A stretch of 64,000 bases of DNA from Woeseiaceae bacterium (GTDB taxonomy: Bacteria; Pseudomonadota; Gammaproteobacteria; Steroidobacterales; Woeseiaceae): positions 31,468 to 95,467 of the forward strand of contig JBFIHC010000001.1 in NCBI GenBank assembly GCA_041601995.1. Direction: 5' to 3'. Position numbers and translations under genes: made by a program. This document shows positions 63,667 through 64,000 of this stretch, in pieces (the stretch's first letter is position 1; every line of letters starts with the position of its first letter). Under the pieces are notes generated by a model that saw only the letters and a program-made list of their open reading frames with translations, did not search any database and was not told the DNA's origin.

Positions 63667-64000
63667 CGCGCCTGTGGGACAAGGGCCTGCCGCTCAGCGA
63701 GCGCGTGCTGCGCTACACCGCTGGCGAGGATCACCTGCTGGACGCGCGCCTCGTGCCTTACGATGTGCGGGGCTCGATCGCCCACGCGGAGATGCTCGCG
63801 GCAACCGGGCTGATCGGCGACAGCGACGCGAATGCCATTCGTGACGGCCTGCAGCAGCTGCAGGCATCGTTCGAGGCTGGCGAATGGGGCATCACGCTGC
63901 AGGACGAGGACGTGCACACGGCGCTCGAGACGCGGCTCACCCGGGCCATCGGCGACGCCGGTGCGCGCCTGCACCTCGGCCGCTCGCGGAACGACCAGGT
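63663..64000 (+). CDS. argH: Argininosuccinate lyase. Partial: only the N-terminal 112 aa lie in the window.
   Basis: ATGA overlap with argB. MTRLWDKG...YDVRGSIAHAEML...LHLGRSRNDQ, with the N-terminal motifs of the fumarate-lyase family signature. Confidence 0.92.
   Translation, partial: MTRLWDKGLPLSERVLRYTAGEDHLLDARLVPYDVRGSIAHAEMLAATGLIGDSDANAIRDGLQQLQASFEAGEWGITLQDEDVHTALETRLTRAIGDAGARLHLGRSRNDQ

Overview
High-GC bacterial chromosomal segment (GC visibly well above 60%, not computed). The gene content looks gammaproteobacterial: PspF/PspABC, ExeA/ExeB, large FadE, GshA and hexameric-type ArgR. I call about 62 tightly packed CDSs, many with overlapping stop/start codons. I recognised no rRNA, tRNA, CRISPR array, IS element, integrase or prophage gene, and all intergenic gaps are under about 350 bp.

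Main blocks, in order:
- 2-oxoacid:ferredoxin oxidoreductase with a GltD-like/ferredoxin partner, then pyrC
- an orphan C39-peptidase ABC exporter with its HlyD partner, then ilvA
- a UvrD-family helicase behind a near-perfect LexA box
- an SLC13 permease with four RCK_C domains
- two paralogous membrane-anchored hypothetical proteins
- a sulfotransferase-like protein coupled to a class IV aminotransferase, then gshA, a bactofilin and a GGDEF-EAL protein
- an expanded sigma54/PspF-controlled psp operon
- a GntR-ABC operon, an ECF sigma/anti-sigma pair, mdh and fadE
- a complete mevalonate pathway cluster containing an HMG-CoA reductase-mevalonate kinase fusion, plus ispA and dinB
- exeAB, a DAK2-DegV fusion, and an ABC-2 exporter followed by an SRAP gene
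- a divergent pair made of an FlhC-like zinc-ribbon regulator and a 222-aa unknown
- nudC, then an 8-gene argR-argG-X-argC-argD-argF'-argB-argH operon

Most interesting candidates:
1. An uncharacterised 351-aa gene (X) is translationally coupled between argG and argC. The operon uses an N-acyl-ornithine carbamoyltransferase and lacks argA/argJ/argE.
2. The mevalonate cluster with the HMGR-MVK fusion.
3. The non-flagellar FlhC-like regulator and its divergent unknown partner.
4. The paralogous membrane-protein pair.

All functional calls rest on by-eye motif and family recognition. No database search was run.
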